64,000 nt of DNA from an uncultured Chloroflexia bacterium (GCA_963724295.1 CAVRUC010000002.1:383275-447274); one strand, 5' to 3'; numbered from the stretch's first letter, positions 51,518 to 62,249 are shown. Notes: a model not told the origin generated them from the letters alone. Numbers and translations: made by a program.

Positions 51518-52420
51518 ATGGACATCCGCAAGAACATCTATAGCCTCAGCGCAAAGGAACTGAACGCGTTCAGAGACGCGCTCAACAAGCTCAAGACAGA
51601 TGGAACCTACGACCCGTTCATCGTTCAACATCATGTGGCGATGATGCGTCTTGTGCTTATGACCGGGGAGACGCAGACAACCACGGCTCGCGGCAGCGCC
51701 CACAGTGGACCAGCGTTCGGACCCTGGCACAGGTGGTATCTGCGCGACCTTGAACTTGCCCTGCAGTCCGTCTCGCCGGGTGTGACCCTACCGTACTGGG
51801 ATTGGGCGGCTGATGCTGCTTCGGGTTCTCCGCAAAGCGCTGATCTATGGACCGATGACTTTGTTGGAGGCGACGGCGACCCGGCAAACAACAATGTTGT
51901 CCCGGACGGCCCGTTCACGAGTTGGATCGCAGTGATCAGGAATACTGCCGGTGCACTGGTGCCTCGCGGCTTTCCGGGTCTGGTGCGGGAGCTAGGGATA
52001 CGAGTCTCGTCTCTCCCGGTGGCAGCGCAAGTAACGGACACTCTCACTGAAGGGAAGTACGATGAGACTCCTTGGGACCGACTGAGCAATCCAAGTTTTC
52101 GCAATCGGCTGGAAGGCTGGCTGCGACGTCCAGCGGAAACTGGACCGCAGATGCATAATCGGGTCCACGTCTGGGTTGGTGGTGATATGTATCCCTCGAC
52201 GTCGCCGAACGACCCCGTCTTCTGGCTGCACCATGCCAACGTTGATCGCCTGTGGGCGAAGTGGCAGGCCGACAATCCTACTCAGGGTTATCTCCCCGCC
52301 TCGAGCGGCCCCACGGGGCACAATTTGAATGAACCTATGATCGATCTCAGCGCCCCGGGGATCACTCCGGCCAGTGTGCTCGACTACAAGGCGATGGGAT
52401 ACGATTACGACACCTTGTGA
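51518..52420 (+). CDS. tyrosinase (MelC2-like)
   Basis: IRKN, AHSGPAFGPWHR, LPYWDW, HNRVHVWVGG, SPNDPVFWLHHANVD. Confidence 0.95.
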   Translation: MDIRKNIYSLSAKELNAFRDALNKLKTDGTYDPFIVQHHVAMMRLVLMTGETQTTTARGSAHSGPAFGPWHRWYLRDLELALQSVSPGVTLPYWDWAADAASGSPQSADLWTDDFVGGDGDPANNNVVPDGPFTSWIAVIRNTAGALVPRGFPGLVRELGIRVSSLPVAAQVTDTLTEGKYDETPWDRLSNPSFRNRLEGWLRRPAETGPQMHNRVHVWVGGDMYPSTSPNDPVFWLHHANVDRLWAKWQADNPTQGYLPASSGPTGHNLNEPMIDLSAPGITPASVLDYKAMGYDYDTL

Positions 52421-52494
52421 CCGACGCGGGCGCCCAACGCTGGCGCGGATAATGAAGGAGCTGGATCCGTGCCAGCGTGCTCGAGTCGGGCGGC

Positions 52495-53121
52495 ATGACG
52501 CGTCATTCGCCTGCGGCGCTCCTCGGCGCACTGCTCGTCGTGGTCGTGCTGCATCCGATCACGGCGAGAGCTGAGGCCGAGACGCCGACGTTGTCACGCG
52601 ACATCCCCGATCCCTCTCAATGCAGGGTCCAGCCGCGTCCACTGGCGTTTTTCGCGGGATTGGCTGGCACGCCAGGGCCAGAAGGAGCCGGGCCCATAGA
52701 GGGACCAAGAACCACGACTGCGCTCACCCCTCCCACGGAGGGTCGGGTCAGTGAGGCAACATTGGCGGCGATCACGGCGACCATCCGCGAGCTAGTTGCC
52801 TGTCGCAACGCGAATGATCTTCTCCGTACCGATGCGCTCTACACCGACGACTTCTTCTATGCCCAGATCGCGGTCTCCGGGCCGCCGAACCTCGAGTTTC
52901 TGATTGAACGCGCGACGCCGGTCCCAATAGACGAGCAAATGTGGGCAGCGATCCAAGCTATACGCGGCGTGCGGTTTCTTCCCGACGGACGAGTGAGTGC
53001 CATCGTCGACCTGCATCAGCCCTCCGAGGATGTGACATTTGCTCTCGTCTTTGCCCCGGTAGGCGATCGTTGGTTGGTCGACGGAGAAACTGTCCTCTCC
53101 CGGAGCGGGTTTGGCGACTGA
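52495..53121 (+). CDS. secreted two-Cys domain protein, paralog of the N-terminal domain at 11324
   Basis: DPSQCRVQPR...RELVACRNANDLLR..LYTDDF. Confidence 0.75.
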   Translation: MTRHSPAALLGALLVVVVLHPITARAEAETPTLSRDIPDPSQCRVQPRPLAFFAGLAGTPGPEGAGPIEGPRTTTALTPPTEGRVSEATLAAITATIRELVACRNANDLLRTDALYTDDFFYAQIAVSGPPNLEFLIERATPVPIDEQMWAAIQAIRGVRFLPDGRVSAIVDLHQPSEDVTFALVFAPVGDRWLVDGETVLSRSGFGD

Positions 53122-53217
53122 TCGTGCTCGCGCCATGCCGCGAGCTTTGGAGTACAGAGGCGGCCCGGTGCTCTGGGCGCTGAACGGGTTGGCGCGGGAC
53201 ATTTCACCGTATCGCCC

Positions 53218-53691
53218 CTACCCCTCGGCCACCCGCGGCCGGTATTGCAGCGCCTCGGCGACGTGCGCGGTGGTGATGCACTCCTCGGCGGCCAGATCGG
53301 CGATGGTGCGCGCCAGTTTCAACACCCGGTGATAGGCGCGGGCCGAGAGGCCCATCTGGCGCACGGCCGAACCGAGGAGCGTCTCGGCCGTGTCGTCGAG
53401 CGCGGCGTGCTGGCCTAACTCTTTGGGACCCATGTCGGCATTGGTCAGCAGCGCGGTCCCGGCAAACCGCGTCGACTGGATCTCGCGCGCGCGTTGCACG
53501 CGCTGCTGGATGGCCGCCGAGAGCTCCCCCGGACGGCGATCCGACAGCTGCTCGTGGGGGATGCGCGGCACGTCCAGATGGATGTCGATGCGATCCAGCA
53601 ACGGCCCACTGATCCGCTTCTGATACCGGCCGATGGCTCCCGGGGCGCAGGAGCAGGCGCGCCGAGGGTCGCCATAGTAGCCACAGGGACA
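53218..53691 (-). pseudogene. comM: 3' fragment of comM/yifB (Mg-chelatase-like ATPase)
   Basis: CPCGYYGD..CSC, ISGPLLDRID, LSARAYHRVLKLARTIADL, EALQYR. The N-terminal part, including Walker A, is absent. Confidence 0.88.
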
Positions 53692-53864
53692 CCCGTGCAG
53701 ATAGCAATCACGGTGCTGTTCTTGCTCGCTCCCACAGCATTGGACGAGACGCCGTTGGACGATTTTCAGGACCACATGCGGTGGCAGATCAAACCGGAGG
53801 ACAAACGGTTGCGAAACGGGATGTCCACGGCATCGTACTGCCATCCCGATCATGGGCAGGGAGA

Positions 53865-54839
53865 CTAGCGTCCCTCGTCCTCGTCGGGTACCGACCGCCT
53901 CACTTCCTCTACCACCGGAGCGAGGGCCTCGATCGTGGCGAGGGTCGGCGGGATCGGGTAGATCTGCAGGTGTCCCACGCCCTGCTCCCCGAATGCCCGG
54001 ATGCCAGCCGCGATCTCTTCCGGGCTCCCGGTCAGGGGGCGAGCGGTCGCAGGTCCTCCTGCAGGTACCAGTGCTTCGGGAACTCCCGCTGGCCGCTCGG
54101 GTCCACCGCGATCGACACCGTCCGCTCTACCGTCGCCGGGTCGCGTCCGACCTCAGGCACAGGCGGCATCGACCAGCTCACCAGCGGCGGGTAGGCATCC
54201 GGCAGGCTATTGGTTCCAGAGCCACCCGTTCCAGATCGGCACGTATGGCAGCGTCAGGCGGAGCATCCGGGGTCCCTTCGAGCCAATCATGAGCGGTGGG
54301 CCATGCCGCCGCGGTCCACGGGGGCGCAGTTCGCATTCCCGGGCCGCGTAGTACTGCCCCTCGAAATCGATGGCGCCGTCGCGCAGCAGGCCGCGAGATG
54401 ATCGTGAAGGCTTCGGCGAAGCGATCGACGCGGTGGTCGAAGGGGAAGCCGAACATCCGGTACTCGACCTCGTTCCAGCCCGCGCCGAGTCCCAGGATCA
54501 GCCGGCCACCGCTGATCTCGTCGACGGTCTCGGCCATCTTGGCCAGGAGCGCCGGGTTGCGGAAGGAGGTGGGACTGACCAGGGAGCCGAGCTCGACCCG
54601 GCTGGTGGCGGCGGCGAGGGCGGCCAGGACCGACCAGCACTCCCAGGCCCCTTGCGGTGGACGCCCGGAGGCCTCATTGCGGTAGATCAGGTGGTCGACG
54701 AACCAGAGCGAGTCGAAGCCGGTCTCTTCGGTCAGCCGCGCCATCGCGACATAGTCGCTCCAGCGGGGCGTGCGGCCCTCCAGGTCGCCCTCGCCCTCCG
54801 GCAGGATGATTCCCAGCTTCGGGTCCGTGGCATCGGCAT
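53865..54839 (-). CDS. LLM-class flavin/F420-dependent oxidoreductase (several frameshifts)
   Basis: GFDSLWFVDH, RNPALLAKMAETVDEISGGRLILGLGAGW. Confidence 0.8.
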
Positions 54840-55279
54840 GTCCTCCTCGTCCGTTCCGTGCGTGGCGACCCTTCAGCGCCGATTGCTGGTGATTGTGGTG
54901 ACGCTTTCAATAGAAATCAATAGTGGTTATGCGTCAACGAGTCGCTTGGTGAGGAAGCGCGATTCCATGCCAGATGGGTCTCCGTCAGGCAGGTGTCGGT
55001 TCACGGGCCTGCACCGGAAAGCGCGAGTCTAGCTGTGTCCACCGTGGTGGCACAGGAACGCGCGGCTCCTGACCCTGCAGGACACGGTCATTCGCCTCGT
55101 CGGCATCCAGCATGACGGCCTTGCTACCATCATGGTGAAGCACGTGCCGTCGCCCTAGGAGATCGTGTTCTGCCTTCCGCAACCTCAACGCGCTCCGCGC
55201 TCAACCACCGAAACACCGCCGCGCCGCGAACTGCGCCAGCGATCCGCGCAGCAGCAGGCGACCGCGGCGTCCATGGGTA

Positions 55280-55567
55280 CTAGAAGTCGGCCAGCGTCTC
55301 GTACTCTTCGAAGACGGGTGGACCGGCGGAGATGTCGGCCACCTGCTCCCGGAACTGCTCCATCAGCGGCTCCATGGTCGCTTGGTCGGGGCGCTGCTCC
55401 CACACGCTGATGGAGACCGTCTGGTTGGTCTCGGGGCCGGCCGCGAAGTGCGCGTGACGGAAGCCCGGCACCTGGGGCATCTGGGTTCCCCAGAAGGCCT
55501 GCCACCGTTGCGCTAACTCCTCGACCTGCCCGGGCGGCGCCTGCCCCCGAACGATGCGGACGTACAT
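55280..55567 (-). CDS. ABM-like dimeric alpha/beta barrel protein
   Basis: MYVRIVRGQ..PG, VPGFR, SISVWE; AGGAGG SD. Confidence 0.75.
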   Translation of the reverse strand: MYVRIVRGQAPPGQVEELAQRWQAFWGTQMPQVPGFRHAHFAAGPETNQTVSISVWEQRPDQATMEPLMEQFREQVADISAGPPVFEEYETLADF

Positions 55568-55851
55568 GGTGCCCTCCTGTGATGCGGCCAGCGATGGCGA
55601 GTTCCGGTGCCGCCGCATCATCGCCCGCATGAACCGGAACCGCAAGCGGCCGGTGTGCCGGCGCAGATGACCGAGGACGCCGTCTCTAATACCGCTCGAC
55701 TGCGCTGGCTGCCCCGAGCGCGGCGATCAGCGACGCAAGGCACTCGGATAGCTCGCGTTCGTTCCAGGCCCGAATAATGCGTCGGAAGTCTCAAGCGTAC
55801 GAACCGTGGGAACCGTGGTTCCCACCACCCACTCGGTGAGAGGGGGTCACG

Positions 55852-56088
55852 ATGGCGAGTCGCAAGACCGAACCGGAGCCGTTTCCAGTCCGCGGCACGC
55901 CGACCGGCTACCGGGATCGCTGGGAGGCGGATGACGAGGCCATCATTGAGGCATTGACCGCAGAACACGAGCGGCTGATCGTCGCGGCCCGGGAGGCCGC
56001 CGCGCCGCACCGTCGCGGCAAGGGTCGTGCTCCGGACACGCCGCGCCCGCCGGCCGCACCCACGGATCGGATCGTGTCCGAGCCGTAG
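55852..56088 (+). CDS. hypothetical protein
   Basis: GAGGGG SD, 78 aa. Confidence 0.45.
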   Translation: MASRKTEPEPFPVRGTPTGYRDRWEADDEAIIEALTAEHERLIVAAREAAAPHRRGKGRAPDTPRPPAAPTDRIVSEP

Positions 56089-56334
56089 AAACGCCCCAAC
56101 GCGCAGTCGCCACCGTCGAATCTGAACCACCCCACCAGCCAAAACGCTGAGGAGGATGGCGAGGCGCATGGGCATTCCGGAATGACCATCTCAGGCGCTC
56201 ACCCAGGTGTGGCCTTTCTTGCGGGACAGGGTGTGGACCGAAAAGGCCACACTCTGCGGGATACTTCACGTTATCCGCTTCGGAGACCCTCGGGACACTG
56301 CGCCGGTCGGGGGTACGCGGAGAAGGAGACGACG

Positions 56335-56742
56335 ATGAACCCGTCCACGGAGCTGCGCGACCTGACGATCCAGATTGCCCAGGCCGTCAGCGACGGCGAT
56401 GTGGCCGTCCTGGAGCGCCACACGTCCCGCCATCCGGGAACGGCCTTCCTCGGCACCGATCCCGACGAGTGGTGGACCGACCTGGCCGGGTTGCGCCACG
56501 CGCTCGTGGGCCAACACGAGGCCGGGGTGACGCTCATCCCGGGTGATCCCGTGGCCTATCAGCAGGGCGAGGTGGGCTGGGCGGTCGATCACCGGATGCG
56601 CTTCCGGGTCGGGGAGCAGGAGGGCCCGTTCCGGATGACGGTCGTCTATCGCCGGGAGGACGGCGTCTGGAAGATGGTCCACTTCCACAGCTCGATCGGC
56701 GTCCCGAACGCCGACGCGATCGGCGTCGAGTTGCCGACCTAA
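56335..56742 (+). CDS. NTF2/SnoaL-like protein
   Basis: GTDPDEWW, RMTVVYRREDGVWKMVHFHSS; AAGGAG SD. Confidence 0.85.
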   Translation: MNPSTELRDLTIQIAQAVSDGDVAVLERHTSRHPGTAFLGTDPDEWWTDLAGLRHALVGQHEAGVTLIPGDPVAYQQGEVGWAVDHRMRFRVGEQEGPFRMTVVYRREDGVWKMVHFHSSIGVPNADAIGVELPT

Positions 56743-56815
56743 CCCCTCATTACTGGACCACTGCAAACAGCCGTTTCCCGGACAACCCAAACGTGTCCGC
56801 ATGTGAGCCGGTGGG

Positions 56816-57109
56816 TCAGTGCCCCGCGCCGGAGATCCGCGGCAAGACCTCAAGGGCGACCAGCACGAAGGTGAGCAGGAAGATCGCCCCGGTCAGCCAC
56901 TCCAGGCGTTGATTCTGCTTGGCGATCTCCCGCCGCTGGATTTCATCGCGATAGTGGTCAAGGGTGAGCTCGTGGGAGCCCACGGAGAGCAGCAGATCGA
57001 AGCGCCGCGCCAGTTCGTCGTCACGGAGGTTGATGAGCTCCCGGTAGGTCGTTTCCTGCGTGATGCGCCGAACATCCGCAACGACCGAGGTCCCTTCGCG
57101 CTCTGCCAT
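56816..57109 (-). CDS. hypothetical protein with a C-terminal TM helix
   Basis: EIQRREIAKQNQRLEWLTGAIFLLTFV. Confidence 0.55.
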   Translation of the reverse strand: MAEREGTSVVADVRRITQETTYRELINLRDDELARRFDLLLSVGSHELTLDHYRDEIQRREIAKQNQRLEWLTGAIFLLTFVLVALEVLPRISGAGH

Positions 57110-57296
57110 TACCCACCCCCAGTCACGCGCCGCAACCATCGCCACCAGACACACATCAACGGCTCAGGCATTCACCCTCGCGATGAGCTTGACCAGTCCC
57201 GTGCGCACCTCGAGCCGAAGCCCAGGGCCACATAGTCCAAATGAGCACCGGCTGTGGCACAGGAGTCAGCGGTACGGGTTATGCATGCCAGGCATC

Positions 57297-57608
57297 ATGG
57301 ACGCTCCGCCTGAGGCTCGCCAGCACGAAGACATCATGGCCCAAACGGCGTACCAGCTCAACGCGTCGATGGAGCGTGTGCGTCAGGCGCGTCAGTTGCT
57401 CCACGAAGCGAGCGACCGCCTCACCCTGACACGTCAAGAGGTGGAGCAAGACCCGCGCATCGAGCGCGTGCGTCAAGCGCGTGAACTCCTCCATGGAGCG
57501 AACCAGCAACTCGCCCAGACACGTCAGCAGGTGGAGGAAGACCAGTACCAAAACGCAGCCGGTCCGGCCCCGGACGATGACGCTGTGAAGGCCCGGGACA
57601 CTCCGTGA
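57297..57608 (+). CDS. small coiled-coil protein with an internal 30-aa duplication
   Basis: ERVRQARQLLHEASDRLTLTRQEVEQD / ERVRQARELLHGANQQLAQTRQQVEED. Confidence 0.6.
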   Translation: MDAPPEARQHEDIMAQTAYQLNASMERVRQARQLLHEASDRLTLTRQEVEQDPRIERVRQARELLHGANQQLAQTRQQVEEDQYQNAAGPAPDDDAVKARDTP

Positions 57609-57673
57609 AGGCACCGGCCCTGAGCCGCAGCCCAGGGCCGCTGTAAATGTGACGCTATGCGACGGTTCAACCG

Positions 57674-57910
57674 TCAGTGAGGGGTCTCCACCCCGAACGC
57701 CGCGTAATACTCGTCCCGGGTGATGAGGCCAGCGTCAACGGCCTGCTGCGCACTCATGTCGGCGGCACCTCGGGCACGCAAGAGCGCTCGCAGGTCGCGG
57801 ATGCCGTCCACGACTTGGCCACACTGTTTCCGGCTCAACTGAGCCACGAATTCAAGTACGTGGTACAGGTGCAACGGCACCAGCTCTCGGTCAGGGTGTG
57901 AAGTCGGCAT
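57674..57910 (-). CDS. hypothetical protein
   Basis: AGGAG SD, 78 aa. Confidence 0.55.
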   Translation of the reverse strand: MPTSHPDRELVPLHLYHVLEFVAQLSRKQCGQVVDGIRDLRALLRARGAADMSAQQAVDAGLITRDEYYAAFGVETPH

Positions 57911-58189
57911 TGTCGTGTCTCCTGTCTGATGGTGCGGGGGCGCCCGGTCTCCCCGGGATCACGCCCATGCCCGGGACGCCGACGACCTAACATCGACTTG
58001 GGACCGTTGGGCGCTATCGCGTGGGCCAGCAGGCCCCTACGAGGCGAAGCCTCGTTGGTCTCCTTGGCCCGCACCAGGGAGACTGGCGGCGAGCGCCGGG
58101 GGGCCAGAGCCCCGGCGTTTCGCTTGTGCACAGGCAGCAGCCCCGAGCGCAAGCCCAGGAGCGACGCCGAAGGGACCGTGTTACACGGG

Positions 58190-58339
58190 TTAGGCCATCA
58201 ACACCCCGTCACGCTCGATCGGCACCCGGCCGGTCCCGTTGCAGCGGTCGCACTGCACCTCTGAGCCATCGTCGCACTCAATGAACCCGTCGCCGCCGCA
58301 CACCGGGCAGTCCATGGTCTCAATCGCATCATCAGTCAT
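58190..58339 (-). CDS. 49-aa DnaJ-type zinc-finger microprotein
   Basis: Not in the ORF track: MTDDAIETMDCPVCGGDGFIECDDGSEVQCDRCNGTGRVPIERDGVLMA, with two CxxCxGxG motifs and a GGAG SD. Confidence 0.75.
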   Translation of the reverse strand: MTDDAIETMDCPVCGGDGFIECDDGSEVQCDRCNGTGRVPIERDGVLMA

Positions 58340-58775
58340 CGTGGTCTCTCCGGAGAATGGAACGAGGCGCCACGAGTGTAGCGCCCCGATCGATTGCGCC
58401 GACTATCGTGCCCGAGAGGTGTTCCCCGGTGATCTCGCGAACCAGCCACGATGCCCCGGCCGCGACATCGGCAAGCGCTTTCCCACCCATCACGAGCTCC
58501 GTGTCTCTCAAGTCGTGCGTCGTGCCGTCCGGCGTGGTCAGATGGCTCACGACGGCGTGGAGCGCAGTATCAGCGTCTGGCGTCAGCGCCCAGCTCAACG
58601 TCTGTCCCTTCATCATCACCGCGACGAAGAGCACCGGCCGCTGATCGAGCAGCGCTGCCGTCACGTTGCCCAAGTAGTCCGTCCGGTCCGCCTCCGCTGC
58701 GGCGGCTCGCATGGCCTCCAGTGACGCGCTGATCGCCTGCTCCAGGGGTGTCGTCGGTTCGGTGGGCTGATGCAT
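58332..58775 (-). CDS. hypothetical protein
   Basis: AGGAG SD before MHQPTEP; overlaps the zinc-finger gene start. Confidence 0.6.
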   Translation of the reverse strand: MHQPTEPTTPLEQAISASLEAMRAAAAEADRTDYLGNVTAALLDQRPVLFVAVMMKGQTLSWALTPDADTALHAVVSHLTTPDGTTHDLRDTELVMGGKALADVAAGASWLVREITGEHLSGTIVGAIDRGATLVAPRSILRRDHDD

Positions 58776-58818
58776 CGTCGTGGTCTCCTGTTCGGGTGAG
58801 GGGAGTGGGGCGGCCCGA

Positions 58819-59314
58819 TCACTCGACGATGTGGCGGCGGCTCCAGGCATGGATGACCTGGCGCAAGATCCCCAGTTCGCCAATGTGGTAGGCATTGTGG
58901 TCGGCCACGATCAGGACCTCCCGCAGGACGGTGTGCTCGTCGTTGCTCGGGACCGGGCCGAAGAGGTCGGTCCCGTCATCGGCCACGATGCTGACGATCG
59001 CCTCCAGGTCGCGGTGGAACGCCACGACGCTCTCGTCCCACTCCTGTTTCGTCGCCCGCGTGTCCGGTGCCGGCCAGTAGTCCCGCGGCCATGCGGGCGC
59101 GTGGTAGTCGCTGTTCGTCAGGTAGTCCAGGATGTCGGCCTGGGTGATCCGGAGGTGCTCCAGCAGGTGCCAGAAGGTATAGACGACTCGTGGCGGCCTG
59201 GTATTGATGTGCGTCTCCGGGAACTCGGCAACGGCCTCGGCGAACGGACATGTGGGCGTTGCCGCCGCGCAGCACCTCGACCAGGTGATCCCGTAACCAG
59301 CGATCGCGATCCAT
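58819..59314 (-). CDS. DinB family protein (frameshifted)
   Basis: GGNAHM, WHLLEHLRITQ and DHNAYHIGE across frames. Confidence 0.8.
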
Positions 59315-59547
59315 GGTCACACCTCGAGCCGTGAACGACTGCAGACAGCGGAGACCTCGTCTGCCGGGCTTCGTCGCCTGTATGATCCGATCAGCGGGCG
59401 TGGTGCCGCCGCTCCTGATCCATCTGCTTCCGGGTAAGTCTCACATACAGCGACGGGTGGCGAGGCTCTTGTGGTCGAGCGCCGCGCGAACCGAGGCGAG
59501 GCTGGTGCCCGTCGACTCGTGATGGGTGGCGACGGTTTGCCGCGGCG

Positions 59548-59967
59548 CTAGCCGGTCAGCAGACCGACGCCGAGCGAGACCGCGCCAATCGCCAAGGACA
59601 GCGCGCCGGCGTAGACCACCCAGATCAGGCGGTTCGGCGCATCGACGTCCCGCCCCGTCGCGGAGAGAAAGAACCCGGCCGGCATCAGAATCGCCGCCAA
59701 CCAGATGCCGTTGCGGGCGAGGACTGCCAGCACCCCACCCATCACCGTGGCGTCGGCCAGGATCTGCCCCACCAGGGCCAGGATCACCAACACCCCGGCA
59801 TGGGCGTGTCCGGCACGGAAGAACGCTTGCTGAAACGCGGTCGCGGGGTGGCCACCGCGCACCACGCGGAGCATGAACCATCCCCCATATTCAACGGCCA
59901 CGATGGCCAGGAGGAGGACGCCGGCCGTGGAGCGCGTCGAGGCGGAGAGCGTGAGCACCGGTTCCAT
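59548..59967 (-). CDS. 4-TM hypothetical membrane protein
   Basis: FFRAGHAHAGVL, LMPAGFFLS. Confidence 0.75.
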   Translation of the reverse strand: MEPVLTLSASTRSTAGVLLLAIVAVEYGGWFMLRVVRGGHPATAFQQAFFRAGHAHAGVLVILALVGQILADATVMGGVLAVLARNGIWLAAILMPAGFFLSATGRDVDAPNRLIWVVYAGALSLAIGAVSLGVGLLTG

Positions 59968-60143
59968 AAGCCCCTCCAGTGTGTTCGCGATGTGAGTCAC
60001 ATTCGAGTGGTTCGGCAGCGCCTCGTCCGGGGCGTAGCCGAGGGAGTAGCGATCAGCGAGGTTGAGACTCGCGGTCTCGATCAGCTGGCATTCGGAGCGG
60101 ATGCCCTCGAAGAACATGTCCAGTTGCTCATGAGATGTCACGC

Positions 60144-60890
60144 TCACGCGTAGCGGGCGAACGCCTCCTCGTCGGTGGTCGGTACGAAGCGGTACCCGTG
60201 ACCCGGCACGGTGGCGATATAGCGGGGCCGGCGCCAATTGTTTTGCAGCTTGGCGCGCAGGTTGCGCACATGACGATCGACCACATTGCTCTCGGCTACG
60301 AAGTCGACCCCCCACAGGTGGTCCAGGATCTCGTCGCGGGTCATGACCCGTCCGGCATTGGCCGCCAGCAAATAGAGCAGGCTCTGATCGAGGGCGGTCA
60401 GGTGCAACTCATGACCGCCAGCGCGCACGGAGCGGTTGAGGATGTCGATCTCCAGTTCCCCCAGCCGCAGCACGGGCTTGAAGGGAAACTCGGCCCGGTA
60501 GGTGCGCCGCATCAGCGCCAGGGTGCGGGCCACGAATTCCTCCGGGGAGAAGGGCACGGTCAGGATGTCATCGACCCCCTGCTCAAACGCCGCCAGCTTG
60601 GTGGCCAGATCGCCCCGCCGCGTGAGGGCGATCACCGGTAATCGCACGATGGTCGACGCCTCCGTGCCAACCCGCTCCAGGAGCGCCCCGTTGACCAGGT
60701 CCATGTCAACGATGGCGAGGTGTGGCTGCCACGTCCCCAGGGCCGCATCGGCCTCCGCGATCGTGGCGGCGACCTGCGTCAGGTACGGGCCGTGGGTCAG
60801 TGCCAGCTGGATGACCCGGGCGAGCACCGGCTGGTCGACGACCAGCAGCACGCGCGCCGTCTTCGGTGGGTCCTGATCGTCGGTGGTCAT
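60144..60890 (-). CDS. OmpR-family response regulator (atypical receiver)
   Basis: REC (AIVDMDL, GVDD, VPFS) plus winged helix (NVVDRHVRNLRAKL, TVPGHGY). Confidence 0.88.
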   Translation of the reverse strand: MTTDDQDPPKTARVLLVVDQPVLARVIQLALTHGPYLTQVAATIAEADAALGTWQPHLAIVDMDLVNGALLERVGTEASTIVRLPVIALTRRGDLATKLAAFEQGVDDILTVPFSPEEFVARTLALMRRTYRAEFPFKPVLRLGELEIDILNRSVRAGGHELHLTALDQSLLYLLAANAGRVMTRDEILDHLWGVDFVAESNVVDRHVRNLRAKLQNNWRRPRYIATVPGHGYRFVPTTDEEAFARYA

Positions 60891-61100
60891 CTGGTTCCTC
60901 CCGAACGCGATGCGATGCCAGCGAGAGCTCCAGCGTACCACCTGGCTGAGCGGGAAACGTTGCGGCTGCACAGCCGTGGCGTCTGGCCGGGATGACGGGC
61001 CGTAATGACTGGGCGGCACATCTGTGTCACGCTCGTACCCACGCACCAGGATCGTGATGGTCTCGACCACCGCGAAGGCGCGTGCTGACCAGGAGATGCA

Positions 61101-61613
61101 ATGACATGGGACTCCAGGTGCTGCGACGGACGGATGGGCAGGAACAGCCCGTGGACCGTCACGGCCGCGGAGAACGCGCGGCTGGTGCGCCAGGTGATTG
61201 AGGAGATCTGGAATGGCGGCGATCTCGAGCTGGCCGATCAGGTGTTCGCCCCCGACTACGTCAACCACGGGGGGCTTATCCCGGATCTGGTCCGCGGTCC
61301 GGAGGCGATCAAGGTCAGCGTCGCGCTGTACCGCCTGGCCTTCCCCGAGTTCCGGGTTGCTGTGGTCGATCTGCTTGCCCAGGGGCAGACGGTTGCGCTG
61401 CGCTGGACCGCCCACAGGACGCCGGGTCATGACGGCGGGAGTGACGCGCCGGACCGCGAGCTGGACACGCTCCTCGGGATGACGTTTGCCCGCATGATCG
61501 CTGGCCAGATCCAGGAGAGCTGGACGTGCTGGGAGACAGCCGGTGCAGAAAGGCTTGATCAGTCACGTGTTTCCTGGCTGCACCACGTGCACCTCGCCGC
61601 AGCGACGGCGTGA
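61101..61613 (+). CDS. SnoaL-like ester cyclase
   Basis: IWNGGDLELADQVFAPDYVNH, AFPEF. Confidence 0.8.
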   Translation: MTWDSRCCDGRMGRNSPWTVTAAENARLVRQVIEEIWNGGDLELADQVFAPDYVNHGGLIPDLVRGPEAIKVSVALYRLAFPEFRVAVVDLLAQGQTVALRWTAHRTPGHDGGSDAPDRELDTLLGMTFARMIAGQIQESWTCWETAGAERLDQSRVSWLHHVHLAAATA

Positions 61614-61967
61614 TTTCGGCACCATGCCTTTGGCGACCCAAGGGCCGTTAGCAAAGGAACACCATGAACCAGAAACCATCGACCCCGTTGCCCGCTCGCT
61701 CGGTCAGGGGTGTCCACGTCGCACCGTGCTCAACGTTCAACGTCATCCTCACCGCTCTCGAAGCCGTGAGCTCGCCGCAGCGTGGTGATTGAAACGCGCG
61801 CCCATGCGGCTCATGACGTCATGACGACAACTCCTGCCACGTCGCCATCCCCGGCGTGGCGATTCACCCGCACTCGTGTCGCCAGCTACGACACGAGTCC
61901 TTCCCTTCCCTCGTGGACCGGGGTCGCATGACCCCGGTCCACCCCGCTCCACATCCAAAGGAGTGTC

Positions 61968-62249
61968 ATGGGCTTTCTCGACCTGCTCCTCGGCAAATCG
62001 CTTCCCATCCCCTACGCTGCGGATTCCAGCTCAATTGACATCGTGCGCCTGACCGACGGGGTCTACGATCTCCTCTATCACAAGTCCTATGCGGAGCGGT
62101 GCCACCGCGACGGCCAGAACGCCTGCAGCGCCTGGCTCCACGGACAGATGGGCCTTCTGGGCGTTGGCCCCTCTCAACACGAGCGCCTGATCATTCTTGC
62201 CAAGTTCAGAAACGGTGATCGGTCACCTCGCGATCTGCCGAAAGCCTAA
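61968..62249 (+). CDS. hypothetical protein
   Basis: AAGGAG SD, 93 aa. Confidence 0.55.
   Translation: MGFLDLLLGKSLPIPYAADSSSIDIVRLTDGVYDLLYHKSYAERCHRDGQNACSAWLHGQMGLLGVGPSQHERLIILAKFRNGDRSPRDLPKA

Noticed and set aside
61811..61824. 14-bp palindrome TCATGACGTCATGA resembling the minigene core
   Set aside because: No SD and no TGG-GAY codons, and it occurs once; not a minigene.
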